From Nitrosospira multiformis ATCC 25196 (GTDB lineage: Bacteria; Pseudomonadota; Gammaproteobacteria; Burkholderiales; Nitrosomonadaceae): a DNA stretch of 32,000 nt. Under the pieces are notes generated by a model. The model had not been told where the DNA came from, did not search any database, and saw only the letters and a list, made by a program, of their open reading frames with translations. Below, one piece after another: positions 18,562 through 29,176 of the stretch. Positions within the stretch are counted from its first letter, which is position 1. Every line of letters begins with the position of its first letter. The stretch spans positions 2,130,001 to 2,162,000 of the forward strand of contig NC_007614.1 in assembly GCF_000196355.1 (NCBI RefSeq), written 5' to 3'. The translations under genes were made by a program, and so were the position numbers.

Positions 18562-21192
18562 CTACAGAGTCCGCGCGATTACCTGGATTTCGTAGGTTTC
18601 CAACTGATCGCCCACCTGGATATCGTTAAAGTTCTTAAGAGACAGACCGCACTCGAAACCCGCCCTCACCTCTTTCACATCATCCTTGAAGCGCTTCAAC
18701 GAATCCAGTTCTCCGGTATGGATTACCTGTCCATTGCGTATCACTCTCACCAGCGAACCACGCCTGACAAACCCTTCCTGCACAAGGCAACCGGCCACCG
18801 CGCCCACTTTGGAAATGCGGAATACTTCCCGGATCTCCAGCAGTCCCGTGATATTCTCCTTGCGCTCGGGCGCCATCATGCCGGAAAGTGCAGCCTTGAT
18901 CTCATCCACAGCTTCGTAAATGATGCTGTAATAGCGCACATCCACCCCGGCAGAGTTGATGAGCTTGCGTGCAACTGCATCCGCCCGGCTGTTGAAGCCA
19001 ATGACAACTGCTTTGGAAGCCAATGCGAGATTGATGTCCGATTCTGTAATCGCGCCCACTCCACTGTGAATGATGTTGACCTTCACCTCGTCAGTGGAAA
19101 GCTGTTGCAGCGCGTGCGTCAGGGCCTCGTAAGAACCTTGTACGTCGGCCTTGATAATAAGTGAAAGGACTTTTACTTCTCCCCTCTGCTCGAACACGTT
19201 CTCCAGTTTGGCTGCCTGCTGCTTCGCCAGTTTTACATCGCGGAACTTGCCTTGGCGGAAGAGGGCAATTTCACGCGCCTTGCGCTCATCCGTCAGAGCC
19301 ACTACCGATTCGCCCGCTACGGGAACCTCCGATAAACCCTGGATTTCAACCGGAATGGAAGGTCCTGCCTGCTCCACCTGTTTGCCGCTCTCATCCAGCA
19401 TGGCCCGCACCCGGCCATAAGCCGCCCCCGCCAGCAATATATCGCCGCGCTTCAAGGTACCGGATTGGACAAGCATGGTTGCAACCGGGCCTCGCCCTTT
19501 ATCCAGCCGTGATTCGATTACAATTCCCTTTGCCGGCGCATCCTTCGGTGCCTTGAGTTCCAGAACTTCAGCCTGGAGCAGCACGCTTTCCAGCAAATCA
19601 TCGATACCTTGGCCGGTCTTTGCCGAAACTTCGACAAACATGGTTTCACCGCCCCAATCTTCCGGCACCACTTCCTGAGTCACGAGTTCCTGGCGAATCC
19701 GCTCGGGATTGGCTTCCGGTTTGTCGATTTTCGTCATCGCCACTACGATCGGCACCTTGCCCGCCTTGGCATGATGTATTGCTTCAACCGTCTGCGGCAT
19801 TACTCCGTCATCCGCCGCTACAACCAATATGACCAGGTCGGTAACCTTGGCTCCCCGTGCGCGCATGGCCGTAAACGCCTCATGTCCCGGTGTATCCAGG
19901 AACGTCACCATGCCCCTTTCCGTCTCGACGTGATAGGCCCCGATATGCTGGGTAATGCCCCCTGCTTCGCCGCTTGCCACTCGCGTGCGGCGAATGTAAT
20001 CCAGAAGCGAGGTCTTGCCATGATCGACATGGCCCATCACCGTAACGACCGGTGCACGCGCTTCCATTTTCAATTCGGAAGGTGCGATCTCGGTATCAGC
20101 CAGGAAGGATTCAGGACTATCGAGCGCGGCGTATTTGGCAACATGGCCCAACTCCTCCACCACGATCATTGCAGTTTCCTGGTCCAGCATCTGGTTGATG
20201 GTTACCATATTACCCATCTTCATGAGAGCCTTGATGACCTCAGCCGCCTTGATGGACATTTTCTGCGCGAGCGCCCCGACGGAAATGGTTTCAGGCACCA
20301 GCACCTCGTGGACCACCGGCTCGGTCGGCGCCGAAAAAGCATGAGGAGCGGGTTCCTCGGTTCTTCCATGTTTATCCTTGCGCGCCCGCCAGCCCCCCTT
20401 TGCCCCGCTCAGATCACCCCTGGTCTTGAGTCCACGTTTCTCGACCTTCTCTTCCTTCCAGACGACCTGTTTTGCGGGTTTCTTTTTCTTATCCGCCTTC
20501 TCTTCCGGTTTCACTGCCGGCTTGTGCAAGGTACCTTCGGTAGAGGCGGGCTGCGACGGAGCTGCTTCCGCCTCCACAGCCGCTACCGTTTCCCCGGGGG
20601 CTGCCGAAGGAGTTTCAGGGGCAACCGGCACCGCCTCAGGCCCGGCTACAGGAGCCGCCGGCACGAAAGGCGGGGCGGGTTCTTCGGGCTCTTTGATTTC
20701 CACAACCGGAGGCCTTTCACGCAGCCTTTTTTCCCGCAACTCGGCAGCCTGACGTGCAATCAATTCAGCCTGCCGCCTTGCCTCTTCCTGCCGCAATGCC
20801 TGCTGCGCCGCATCGATGACAGGGGTTCGCACCGGAGGCACAGAAGGAGCGGCGGGCGCAGGAATTTCAGCCGTTTTCCGTTCGACTGGCAAATCGACGC
20901 CTTTTACAAATACGCGCTTCTTGCGCACTTCCACCTGGATGCTGCGTGGCTTACCGGTGCTATCCGCCTTCTTGATTTCCGAAGTCTGTCGACGCGGCAG
21001 GGAAATCCGCCCCTTCTCTTCCTTGGCGCCATGAATCTTGCGCAGATATTCGAGAAGCTGCGTTTTGTCCTTCTCCGTCAGGCTATCCTCGGTCATGTGC
21101 TTGCGAACACCGGCCGCCTGCAACTGCTCCAGCAGCACGGTGGGAAGCACGCCAAGTTCACTAGCAAATTGCTCTACGTTCATTTGAGACAT
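18562..21192 (-). CDS. infB: Translation initiation factor IF-2
   Basis: 876 aa. GTPase motifs [14 protein letters not shown] and TKID, with a P/A/E-rich N-terminal region. Confidence 0.97.
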   Translation of the reverse strand: MSQMNVEQFASELGVLPTVLLEQLQAAGVRKHMTEDSLTEKDKTQLLEYLRKIHGAKEEKGRISLPRRQTSEIKKADSTGKPRSIQVEVRKKRVFVKGVDLPVERKTAEIPAPAAPSVPPVRTPVIDAAQQALRQEEARRQAELIARQAAELREKRLRERPPVVEIKEPEEPAPPFVPAAPVAGPEAVPVAPETPSAAPGETVAAVEAEAAPSQPASTEGTLHKPAVKPEEKADKKKKPAKQVVWKEEKVEKRGLKTRGDLSGAKGGWRARKDKHGRTEEPAPHAFSAPTEPVVHEVLVPETISVGALAQKMSIKAAEVIKALMKMGNMVTINQMLDQETAMIVVEELGHVAKYAALDSPESFLADTEIAPSELKMEARAPVVTVMGHVDHGKTSLLDYIRRTRVASGEAGGITQHIGAYHVETERGMVTFLDTPGHEAFTAMRARGAKVTDLVILVVAADDGVMPQTVEAIHHAKAGKVPIVVAMTKIDKPEANPERIRQELVTQEVVPEDWGGETMFVEVSAKTGQGIDDLLESVLLQAEVLELKAPKDAPAKGIVIESRLDKGRGPVATMLVQSGTLKRGDILLAGAAYGRVRAMLDESGKQVEQAGPSIPVEIQGLSEVPVAGESVVALTDERKAREIALFRQGKFRDVKLAKQQAAKLENVFEQRGEVKVLSLIIKADVQGSYEALTHALQQLSTDEVKVNIIHSGVGAITESDINLALASKAVVIGFNSRADAVARKLINSAGVDVRYYSIIYEAVDEIKAALSGMMAPERKENITGLLEIREVFRISKVGAVAGCLVQEGFVRRGSLVRVIRNGQVIHTGELDSLKRFKDDVKEVRAGFECGLSLKNFNDIQVGDQLETYEIQVIARTL

Positions 21193-21209
21193 TAATTACC
21201 TTCAGTCGG

Positions 21210-22697
21210 CTATGCTCTATCGGCCGGGGCAAACCACGGGGCACGTGCCGCCATGATCAACTGCCTGGCCCGTTCAGTATCCATCTCGACCATTTCCACC
21301 AGATCATCCACAGCCAGGTCGGCCAGGTCTTCCTGGGTGCTTACTCCTTTAGCCGCGAGTTCGCGCGCGGTCTGGCTGTCCATGCCTTCCAGCGCGAGCA
21401 GGTCTTCGGCGATGTGCTCCACCTTTTCCTCGCTCACGATGGCCTCGGTCAACAATGCGTTGCGAGCCCGATTGCGAAGCTCGTTGACGGTCTGTTCGTC
21501 AAATGCTTCGATCTCCATCATTTCGCTGAGCGGCACGTAAGCCACTTCTTCCAGAGTAGTAAAGCCTTCCTGCGCCAGAATGTCCGCCACTTCCTCATCC
21601 ACATCCAGTTTTTCCATGAAGAGATGGCGCAAAACCGAAAACTCCTCTTCATTTTTTGCCTGTGACTCTTCCATCGTCATGATGTTGAGCTCCCAGCCTG
21701 TCAATTCCGAGGCGAGCCGGACATTCTGGCCTCCACGTCCGATCGCCTGGGCCAGATTGCCTTCATCCACGACAATGTCCATGCTGTGTTTCTCTTCATC
21801 CACCAGAATGCTGCTGATCTCGGCAGGAGCCAGCGCATTGATTACGAATGTGGCGGGGTCGTCAGACCAAAGGATGATGTCTACCCTTTCACCCGCCAGT
21901 TCGCCGGTCACGGCCTGGACTCTGGAACCCCGCATGCCTACGCAGGTACCGATCGGATCCACTCGCTGATCATTCGACTTCACTGCGATCTTCGCACGCG
22001 AACCAGGATCACGCGCTGCCACCTTGATCTCCAGCAAGCCCTCCTCGATCTCAGGCACTTCCAGCTCAAACAGCTTTATCAGAAATTCCGGCACAATTCT
22101 CGACAGGATTAACTGCGGACCTCTCGTAGTACGGTCGATCCTGTGCAAGTAAGCGCGCACTCTGTCCCCGACACGCAGATTCTCCTTGGGAATCATCTGG
22201 TCACGCGGCAATACGGCCTCTACCCTGCCGGATTCGATGATCGCGTTTCCGCGTTCCATGCGCTTGATGGTTCCGGTAACCATATATTCCTTGCGCTCGA
22301 GAAAATCGTTCAGGATCTGCTCGCGTTCGGCATCACGGATTTTCTGGAATATCACCTGTTTCGCCGCTTGGGCGCCGATGCGCCCGAATTCCACCGGCTC
22401 CAGGATTTCTTCGATATATTCGTCGAGCTGGATTTCAGGATTTTGCCGAAAGGCCTCGCTCAGCGATATCTGACGAGCGGGATCCTCCACTGCATCGTCG
22501 GCCACCACCTGCCAGCGGCGCAAGGATTGATAGTCCCCTGTCTGGTGGTCGATCGACACGCGCACGTCAGCGTCCTCGTTAAAACGCTTTTTCGTGGCGG
22601 ACGCCAATGCAAGCTCAAGTGCGGCAAAAACAATGTTCTTTTCCACATTCTTTTCGCGCGCCAGTGCATCCACCAATAGCAAAACCTCGCGGCTCAT
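21210..22697 (-). CDS. nusA: Transcription termination/antitermination factor NusA
   Basis: 495 aa. N-terminal domain, S1, two KH domains ([26 protein letters not shown]) and C-terminal acidic repeats. Confidence 0.97.
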   Translation of the reverse strand: MSREVLLLVDALAREKNVEKNIVFAALELALASATKKRFNEDADVRVSIDHQTGDYQSLRRWQVVADDAVEDPARQISLSEAFRQNPEIQLDEYIEEILEPVEFGRIGAQAAKQVIFQKIRDAEREQILNDFLERKEYMVTGTIKRMERGNAIIESGRVEAVLPRDQMIPKENLRVGDRVRAYLHRIDRTTRGPQLILSRIVPEFLIKLFELEVPEIEEGLLEIKVAARDPGSRAKIAVKSNDQRVDPIGTCVGMRGSRVQAVTGELAGERVDIILWSDDPATFVINALAPAEISSILVDEEKHSMDIVVDEGNLAQAIGRGGQNVRLASELTGWELNIMTMEESQAKNEEEFSVLRHLFMEKLDVDEEVADILAQEGFTTLEEVAYVPLSEMMEIEAFDEQTVNELRNRARNALLTEAIVSEEKVEHIAEDLLALEGMDSQTARELAAKGVSTQEDLADLAVDDLVEMVEMDTERARQLIMAARAPWFAPADRA

Positions 22698-22723
22698 GTT
22701 ACCTCCAGCCAGTTACTCATAGA

Positions 22724-23152
22724 TTACAATTTCGGAACGAGGCGAACCTTCTCAAGGTTAGTGAGTTCAAGGTCCAGCATTTTTCCATCTACTTCCAGTT
22801 TTAAAATTCCGTCCTTCACTTCGCGCAAAATGCCGACAAAATTTCTTTGCCCCTGTAACGCCACCCGCAGCCTGAGTTTAACGGACTCTCCCGCAAAGCG
22901 GATAAAATCCGCTGTCTTTTTCAGCGGCCGATCTAGACCCGGCGAAGATACTTCCAGTCTGTCATAGTCCACGTTCTCGACGGCGAGAAACCGGCTCAGA
23001 TGATTACTGACAGTCACGCAATCATCCACATTCACACCACCGGGCTTGTCGATGAATATCCGCAACAGCTTTCCCCCCGGCGACCGCTCCAGGTCAACCA
23101 GTTCATAACCCAGTCCTGCAAGGGTCGGTTCGAGCAATTCGTACAGATCCAT
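22724..23152 (-). CDS. rimP: Ribosome maturation factor RimP
   Basis: 142 aa: [16 protein letters not shown]...[16 protein letters not shown]...[12 protein letters not shown]. It is the first gene of the nusA-infB operon. Confidence 0.95.
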   Translation of the reverse strand: MDLYELLEPTLAGLGYELVDLERSPGGKLLRIFIDKPGGVNVDDCVTVSNHLSRFLAVENVDYDRLEVSSPGLDRPLKKTADFIRFAGESVKLRLRVALQGQRNFVGILREVKDGILKLEVDGKMLDLELTNLEKVRLVPKL

Positions 23153-23161
23153 AGTGCCGAT

Positions 23162-23192
23162 ACAAACAAAAAATGGGCTGAAAGAAGCCCAT
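23162..23192 (-). terminator. Intrinsic-terminator-like hairpin in the rimP-nusA-infB leader (candidate attenuator)
   Basis: The minus strand reads ATGGGCT-TCTTTC-AGCCCAT followed by TTTTTGTTTG. The U-tract ends about 10 nt before the rimP ATG. No upstream minus-strand gene exists that it could terminate, because acs is divergent. Confidence 0.55.
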
Positions 23193-23458
23193 CGTTATTA
23201 TTCTATTTTAACAAACATTTATGATAGGGGAAATAGGAACTGAGTTCCGCTTTCATGATCAACTGACAAAAAACCTGCCAAAAAGTTTTTTCTGCCAACG
23301 CGTTATAGAAAAAAACGATAACTCTGCAAGAGCGGGCGACAATACGCGGATTTGCCATCGGCATGCGTAAACGGCGGATCGGCATGAAAAAACTTATTAC
23401 AAAAAGCGTCGAATGATACAATTTATCAGCCCAAACAAAAATATTCAGGGAGGTAGCT

Positions 23459-25428
23459 GTGGCGACGATTCAATCTATCCTCAATGAAACACGCACCTTT
23501 ACACCCTCCGCTTCGTTCGTGGAACAAGCAAACGTATCCGGAATGGAAGAATATGATGCCCTTTGCGCAGAGGCAGAAAAGGATGAGGCAGCATTCTGGT
23601 CCAGACTGGCGCGGGATCATATTTCCTGGCACAAACCATTTACCCGCGTACTGGATGAAACCAACCATCCGTTCTTTACCTGGTTCGATGACGGAGAACT
23701 GAATGTTTCATACAATTGTCTCGATCGGCACCAGGCCACCCAGTCGGACAAGGTTGCGCTTATTTTCGAGGCGGATGACGGCACCGTCACGCGCTGCACC
23801 TACCAGGATCTCTACCGCCGCGTATGCAGGTTTGCAAATGGTCTCAAGTCGCTGAATATCAGGAAAGGTGATCGCGTCGTTATCTACATGCCGATGAGTA
23901 TCGAGGCGGTAGTGGCAATGCTGGCCTGCGCGCGCATCGGTGCGACCCATTCAGTCGTGTTCGGTGGCTTTTCCGCCAAAAGCCTGCATGAGCGAATTAT
24001 CGACGCAGGCGCGGTAGCCGTGATTACCGCGGACGAGCAATGGCGCGGCGGCAAAATCAACTACCTGAAAGCCGTTGTCGAAGATGCGCTCGGTAGAGGT
24101 GAAACGGACTCGGTGAAATCCGTGGTGGTCTACCAGCGAGGCAGCGGTGACCTGCAACTGGACGCCAATCGCGACATCTGGTGGCATGATCTCATCCGGG
24201 ATCAGAGCGAGACCTGTGAGCCCGAATGGGTGAACGCCGAGCATCCGCTATTTACGCTCTACACCTCCGGTTCCACCGGCAAGCCAAAAGGCGTGCAACA
24301 CTCTTCCGCGGGCTTTCTGCTGGGCGCCATCACGAGCATGCAATGGATTTTCGACTACAAGTCTTCCGATATCTTCTGGTGCACGGCCGACGTAGGCTGG
24401 GTCACGGGGCACACTTATGTGACTTATGGTCCGCTCGCCGTCGGGGCGACCCAGATCATATTCGAAGGCGCGTTCCTACTTATCCTGACGCGGGTCGCTT
24501 CTGGAAAATGATCCAGGATCATAAGGTGACCACGTTTTATACCGCCCCCACTGCCATCCGCTCGCTTATAAAACTCGGACCCGACCTGCCGAAACAATAT
24601 GACCTTTCCTCATTGCGCCTGCTCGGTTCAGTGGGCGAACCGATCAACCCGGAAGCGTGGATGTGGTATTACACGACCGTTGGCCAATCCCGCTGTCCGT
24701 TGGTGGACACCTGGTGGCAAACCGAAACAGGCGCTCACATGATCGCCCCCACGCCTGGAGCAGTAATGCTCAAGCCCGGTTCCTGCACTTTGCCGCTCCC
24801 CGGTATCAAAGCCGGTATCGTGGATGAAGCCGGGCATGATGTGCCGGTAGGCAAAGGGGGGTTTCTCGTGATCAAGCGTCCGTTTCCTTCCCTGGCCCGC
24901 ACCTTGTGGGGAGATCCGGAACGCTTCAGAAATACCTATTTTCCCGAAGAGCTTGGCGGTAAATACTATCTCGCGGGAGATTCGGCTCATCGCGATGCGG
25001 ACGGCTATTTCTGGATCATGGGGCGCATCGACGATGTACTGACTGTTTCCGGCCACCGTTTAGGGACAATGGAAATCGAATCGGCGCTGGTAGCGAGCCC
25101 CTTGGTTGCTGAAGCCGCGGTGGTAGGCAAGCCGGATGAAATCAAAACCGAGGCCATCGTGGCTTTCGTGGTATTGAAAGGGGCTCGCCCGAAAGCAGAG
25201 GACGCTCATCGCATTGTGCAGGAATTGCGCAATTGGGTATCGCAGGAGATCGGCCCCATCGCCCGGCCTGATGAAATCCGTTTTGGGGATAACCTGCCGA
25301 AAACCAGGTCCGGCAAAATCATGCGCCGGTTGTTGCGCACGCTGGCAAGGGATGAAGAAATAACTCAGGATGTATCCACCCTGGAAAACCCGGCGATACT
25401 TGAACAATTGAAACAGGCGGTAGCGTAG
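23459..25428 (+). pseudogene. acs: Acetyl-CoA synthetase (AMP-forming) interrupted by a frameshift near 24467-24474
   Basis: ORF 23459..24511 encodes the N-terminal half ([32 protein letters not shown]...IIFEG). ORF 24226..25428 becomes Acs-like only from [30 protein letters not shown] onward, continuing through WWQTETG and [14 protein letters not shown] to [19 protein letters not shown] before the GTG at 23459. Confidence 0.85.
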
Positions 25429-25494
25429 TTGGGGAATCTGCGTCTCGGCCGGTTGCATGATGACGCGCGATCTTCATCGGACGTCGAGCCTGGA

Positions 25495-26487
25495 ATGACC
25501 TCATCGCTTTCTATTTTGCCTCCGCACATTTCCCGTTTCCCCGCCCTCACTGATTATGAAGATGGCATCAGCGCCATTGATGCCGATTATTTGCGCCCCG
25601 GCCTGGCTGCAATTCATCTGATTGTGGAAAACGGTAAAGCCGCGCTGGTGGATACCGGAACTTCATCTTCCGTTCCCGGTGTACTGGAAGTGCTGCAGAA
25701 GAAGAATCTGGCTCCCGCAGATGTAGTATACGTGCTTGTTACGCATATCCATCTCGATCATGCGGGAGGTGCGGGAGAATTCATGCGCCATCTCCCTAAC
25801 GCCAGACTGGTGGTGCATCCGCGTGGCGCTCGCCATGTGGCAGATCCGGCGCGTCTTGTCGCAAGCGCCATGAGCGTCTATGGTGAAGCGGAATTCAAAC
25901 GCATGTACGGGGATATCCATCCCATAGATGCCAGCAGAATCATCGAGGCACCAGACGAATTCAGGCTGGATTTCAACGGCAGACCGCTGCTGTTTCTCGA
26001 TACGCCGGGACATGCGCGTCATCACTACTGCATTTTCGACGAGCGAAGCAATTCCTTTTTCACCGGTGACACATTCGGCCTTTCCTATCGGGAATTCGAT
26101 GTCAATGGCATGGAATTCGTGTTTCCGACGACCACTCCCGTGCAGTTCGACCCCGTCGCGGCGCATGCCTCACTGGATCGTCTCATGAGCTACAACCCCT
26201 CTTATGCCTTTCTCACGCATTATGGTCGCATCGCGCATCTCCCACGCCATGCGAACGAGCTGCATGGACTGATTGACGCCCACGTATCGATTGCCAGGAA
26301 GCTACGCGACGTGCCTGACAACCATGCAGCTCTGGTAGATGAACTGGGCGAGTTGTTGTTGCGCAGGATAATCGCGCACGGCTGTAAATTAACCGAGGAA
26401 AGGATTCGCAGCCTGCTGAAGCTCGATGTCGAGCTCAATGCGCAGGGCCTTGAGAACTGGCTGGATCATTCCGAGGGGAAAGGTTGA
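25495..26487 (+). CDS. MBL-fold metallo-hydrolase
   Basis: HxHxDH motif THIHLDHAGG, with a downstream TPGHARHH. I prefer ATG 25495 (330 aa). The track's TTG at 25429 directly abuts the acs stop. Confidence 0.75.
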   Translation: MTSSLSILPPHISRFPALTDYEDGISAIDADYLRPGLAAIHLIVENGKAALVDTGTSSSVPGVLEVLQKKNLAPADVVYVLVTHIHLDHAGGAGEFMRHLPNARLVVHPRGARHVADPARLVASAMSVYGEAEFKRMYGDIHPIDASRIIEAPDEFRLDFNGRPLLFLDTPGHARHHYCIFDERSNSFFTGDTFGLSYREFDVNGMEFVFPTTTPVQFDPVAAHASLDRLMSYNPSYAFLTHYGRIAHLPRHANELHGLIDAHVSIARKLRDVPDNHAALVDELGELLLRRIIAHGCKLTEERIRSLLKLDVELNAQGLENWLDHSEGKG

Positions 26488-26569
26488 GCCGCGCCAGTCA
26501 GGCAACTGTCGGAAGCTGCCATAGCAGCTATATTAACGACGTGAGGAGAAGATAATAAAAAGCGGATAC

Positions 26570-27409
26570 TTATGCGATTCCCGCTTCCATTTGCCTCACC
26601 CTCTCAAAAAAACAAACTGCTGCCGCAGCCGCCGCATTCAGTGATTCTGCATCCCCCGGCATGGGGATAGTAATCCGTTCATGGGCGACCTGAAGCAACT
26701 CATCGCTCAAACCCGCACCCTCGTTCCCGAAAACGAAGGCTACCGGGCCGCTCAATCGCATCTGGTAAAGACTTTTTTTCGCATCCAGTATGCTTGCAAT
26801 TACTTTGCCTCCGAATGTCCGCGCAACTTCTGCCAGGTTGGCACGTTCGTGTATTCGCACAAGAAAATGCGCGCCCATGGCGGCACGAAGCGTCTTCGGC
26901 GACCAAGCATCGGCACAATCGTTGGAAAGATACACATCGCTTGCACCCGCCGCAGCGGCGGAACGCAGTATGGAGCCGACGTTGCCAGGGTCTTGTATGG
27001 CTTCAAGCAATACACAGAAGCTTTCTGCCTGCCCTCTCTTTTTCAGGGGAATGGCTTCGGGAGAAGGAATCGGCACTATAGCCATAAGACCTGTTGCAGT
27101 CTTTACTGTGGAAACTTCGCGGAACAACAAGTCCGGCAGGACGATCGCTGCCGCTTCCCGATGGGAGCCGCCGCCTTTTGTCACCTGCGTCACTTTTGTT
27201 ACTTTTTCCAGCAAAAATCGGATTTCCGGGTTTTCACGCCCGCTCTCGCTCGCGACGAGTTTTTCTGGCTTCCCCAGCGCAAAATAAGCTTCGACCAGAT
27301 GAATGCCGTCAAGAAGCGTCAGTCCCGCAATTCGCCGTTGCCGGGATGATTCCCGCAGTTTAACCAGTTCTTTGAAGGTGGGATTGTCGCGAGAGGTAAT
27401 AAACTTCAT
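26570..27409 (-). CDS. TrmH/SpoU-family RNA 2'-O-methyltransferase
   Basis: SpoU motifs: LEAIQDPGNVGSILRSAAAAG, FVFGNEGAGLS, ITIPMPGDAESLNAAAAAAV. The ATG overlaps the greB stop (ATGA). Confidence 0.85.
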   Translation of the reverse strand: MKFITSRDNPTFKELVKLRESSRQRRIAGLTLLDGIHLVEAYFALGKPEKLVASESGRENPEIRFLLEKVTKVTQVTKGGGSHREAAAIVLPDLLFREVSTVKTATGLMAIVPIPSPEAIPLKKRGQAESFCVLLEAIQDPGNVGSILRSAAAAGASDVYLSNDCADAWSPKTLRAAMGAHFLVRIHERANLAEVARTFGGKVIASILDAKKSLYQMRLSGPVAFVFGNEGAGLSDELLQVAHERITIPMPGDAESLNAAAAAAVCFFERVRQMEAGIA

Positions 27410-28047
27410 TGAGGATTGGGGTTCTCGCCAGGGTTCGCCATCGTCTTCTCCATTCCCGAGCCCATCCTGAACGGTTCCATGGGAATTGCCTGATACCTGA
27501 CTTCCAGAATTTCCAGTTCTTCCGTTCCTCCGGGCGCATGTAATGTCACCACATCCCCTTCACGCGCTTTGAGCAATGTCCGCGCCAGTGGTGAAACCCA
27601 GCTTATGTAGCCCCTGGTGGTATCGATCTCATTCACACCCACGATGGAAACGATCTTCTCCTCGCCTTTCTCGTTAATGTAGGTAACGGTAGCGCCAAAA
27701 AAAATCCGCGATTCATCTTCCCGGGGCATGGAGGGATCGATGATTTCCGCCATATCCAGTCGTCGGGTGAGAAAACGAATGCGCCGATCGATTTCGCGCA
27801 GGCGCTTCTTGCCGTAGATATAATCCGCGTTCTCCGAACGATCGCCATTCGCGGCAGCCCAGGAAACCGTTGCGGTTACCTGGGGACGTTCCCTGTTCAT
27901 CAACCACAAAAACTCGTCCATCAGCCGCTTATGCCCCTCCGGAGTAATGTAATTTTTGGAGCCGGAAGGTAATGATGGCAGGCCATTCCCGTTGCCTTCT
28001 TCGTCCAGGTCGTCAGACTCGCTTTCCCTGGTAAATGCCTTGCTCAT
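27406..28047 (-). CDS. greB: Transcription elongation (transcript cleavage) factor GreB-like, with an acidic N-terminal extension of about 30 aa and a C-terminal extension
   Basis: ITPEGHKRLMDEFLWLMNRERPQVTATVSWAAANGDRSENADYIYGKKRLREIDRRIRFL aligns with E. coli GreB as I recall it. Confidence 0.85.
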   Translation of the reverse strand: MSKAFTRESESDDLDEEGNGNGLPSLPSGSKNYITPEGHKRLMDEFLWLMNRERPQVTATVSWAAANGDRSENADYIYGKKRLREIDRRIRFLTRRLDMAEIIDPSMPREDESRIFFGATVTYINEKGEEKIVSIVGVNEIDTTRGYISWVSPLARTLLKAREGDVVTLHAPGGTEELEILEVRYQAIPMEPFRMGSGMEKTMANPGENPNPQ

Positions 28048-28171
28048 GCTTGCTCATTCAATCTCATTCAATCGGTCAGCAATCGGAATCCGATCTTGAC
28101 AGGCAGGCACAATGCCTCCTGTTTGAGCAGGTCCAGGCCAGATCCAGACTTCCAACTGTTTTCGTGGTGTT

Positions 28172-29176
28172 TTACACCTCATCCAGCATTCTCCTGGCTT
28201 CTTCCGCAGCCCCAAGTAGTCCGACTTTTGGATTCATCACTACATGTACCGGAATTTCCTCCATTAGCCCGGAAAAGCGTCCCTTGTCGCGAAATGCTTT
28301 CATGAAACCGCCTTCTCTCAATTTATCGATAATTTTTGGTGCAATCCCTCCCGCCACATATACCCCACCGCGGCACAGACCGGCCAAAGCCAGGTTGCCG
28401 GCGTAGGCTCCGTAAATCTCCACAAATAAATCCATTGCTTTCGCTGCTAACGGATGCTTCTGGTTGAAGGCGAGATCGGATATACGAGCGGCATCATCTT
28501 CTTTCGACTGCGTCGATGTCCATTCGCGTTTATCGCCTGACTCATCCTGAAGAAAACGAAAAATATTTGTCAGTCCCGGACCGGAGAGCACCCGCTCGAC
28601 CGATACATGGCCCAAGCGTTTTCGCAGATGATGCAACAATCGGTCCTGCAATTCATTCGCTGGCGCAAAATCAATATGCCCGGCTTCGCTCGGCAGCGAT
28701 GAGTAGTCTCCATTTTGCCAGACGAGCCATGCCACTCCCATGCCGGTACCCGCCCCCAACACGACTCGCATCTTGCCGACATGAGGCTGGCCGGCCTGCA
28801 ATGTCATCAGGTCGTGTTCCGGCAGGATGCCCACACCCGATGCCACGGCCGCGAAGTCGTTGATGAGCTTGACCTTTGGAATGGAAAATTCCGAGGAAAG
28901 CACTGCAGAGTTCATCACCCACGGCAAATTTGTGAGTGCCGCTTCCTGCCTGGCAATTGGCCCCGCTACCGCGAAACAGGCGCTCATGGGATTGCCATCG
29001 CTATCGAGCGCGGAGACTTCATTAATAAAGTCTCGGAGCATGTCCGAAAAACTCGAATAGGCCGGACTCTCGTAGCGCCGTTCGCCCCATACCCGGACAT
29101 TGCCTTCTTTCAGTTCCGCTGCTTGCAGCAATGTCTTGGTTCCGCCGATGTCGCCACTAATGAAATATTCGTTCAC
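28172..29176 (-). CDS. glk: Glucokinase
   Basis: The N-terminal ATP motif GDIGGTKT, plus LGAGTGMGVA and GGVYVAGGI. GTG start overlapping the upstream gene's stop (GTGA). Confidence 0.9.
   Translation of the reverse strand: MNEYFISGDIGGTKTLLQAAELKEGNVRVWGERRYESPAYSSFSDMLRDFINEVSALDSDGNPMSACFAVAGPIARQEAALTNLPWVMNSAVLSSEFSIPKVKLINDFAAVASGVGILPEHDLMTLQAGQPHVGKMRVVLGAGTGMGVAWLVWQNGDYSSLPSEAGHIDFAPANELQDRLLHHLRKRLGHVSVERVLSGPGLTNIFRFLQDESGDKREWTSTQSKEDDAARISDLAFNQKHPLAAKAMDLFVEIYGAYAGNLALAGLCRGGVYVAGGIAPKIIDKLREGGFMKAFRDKGRFSGLMEEIPVHVVMNPKVGLLGAAEEARRMLDEV

Noticed and set aside
19609-21195. 528-aa ORF on the plus strand, and many other 60-200-aa ORFs antisense to infB, nusA, dnaX, truB, glk and others.
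   Set aside because: They lie fully inside, and antisense to, well-supported conserved genes. Their translations are R/L/P/G/S-rich low-complexity strings with no SD. This is the typical antisense open frame seen in biased-codon genes.
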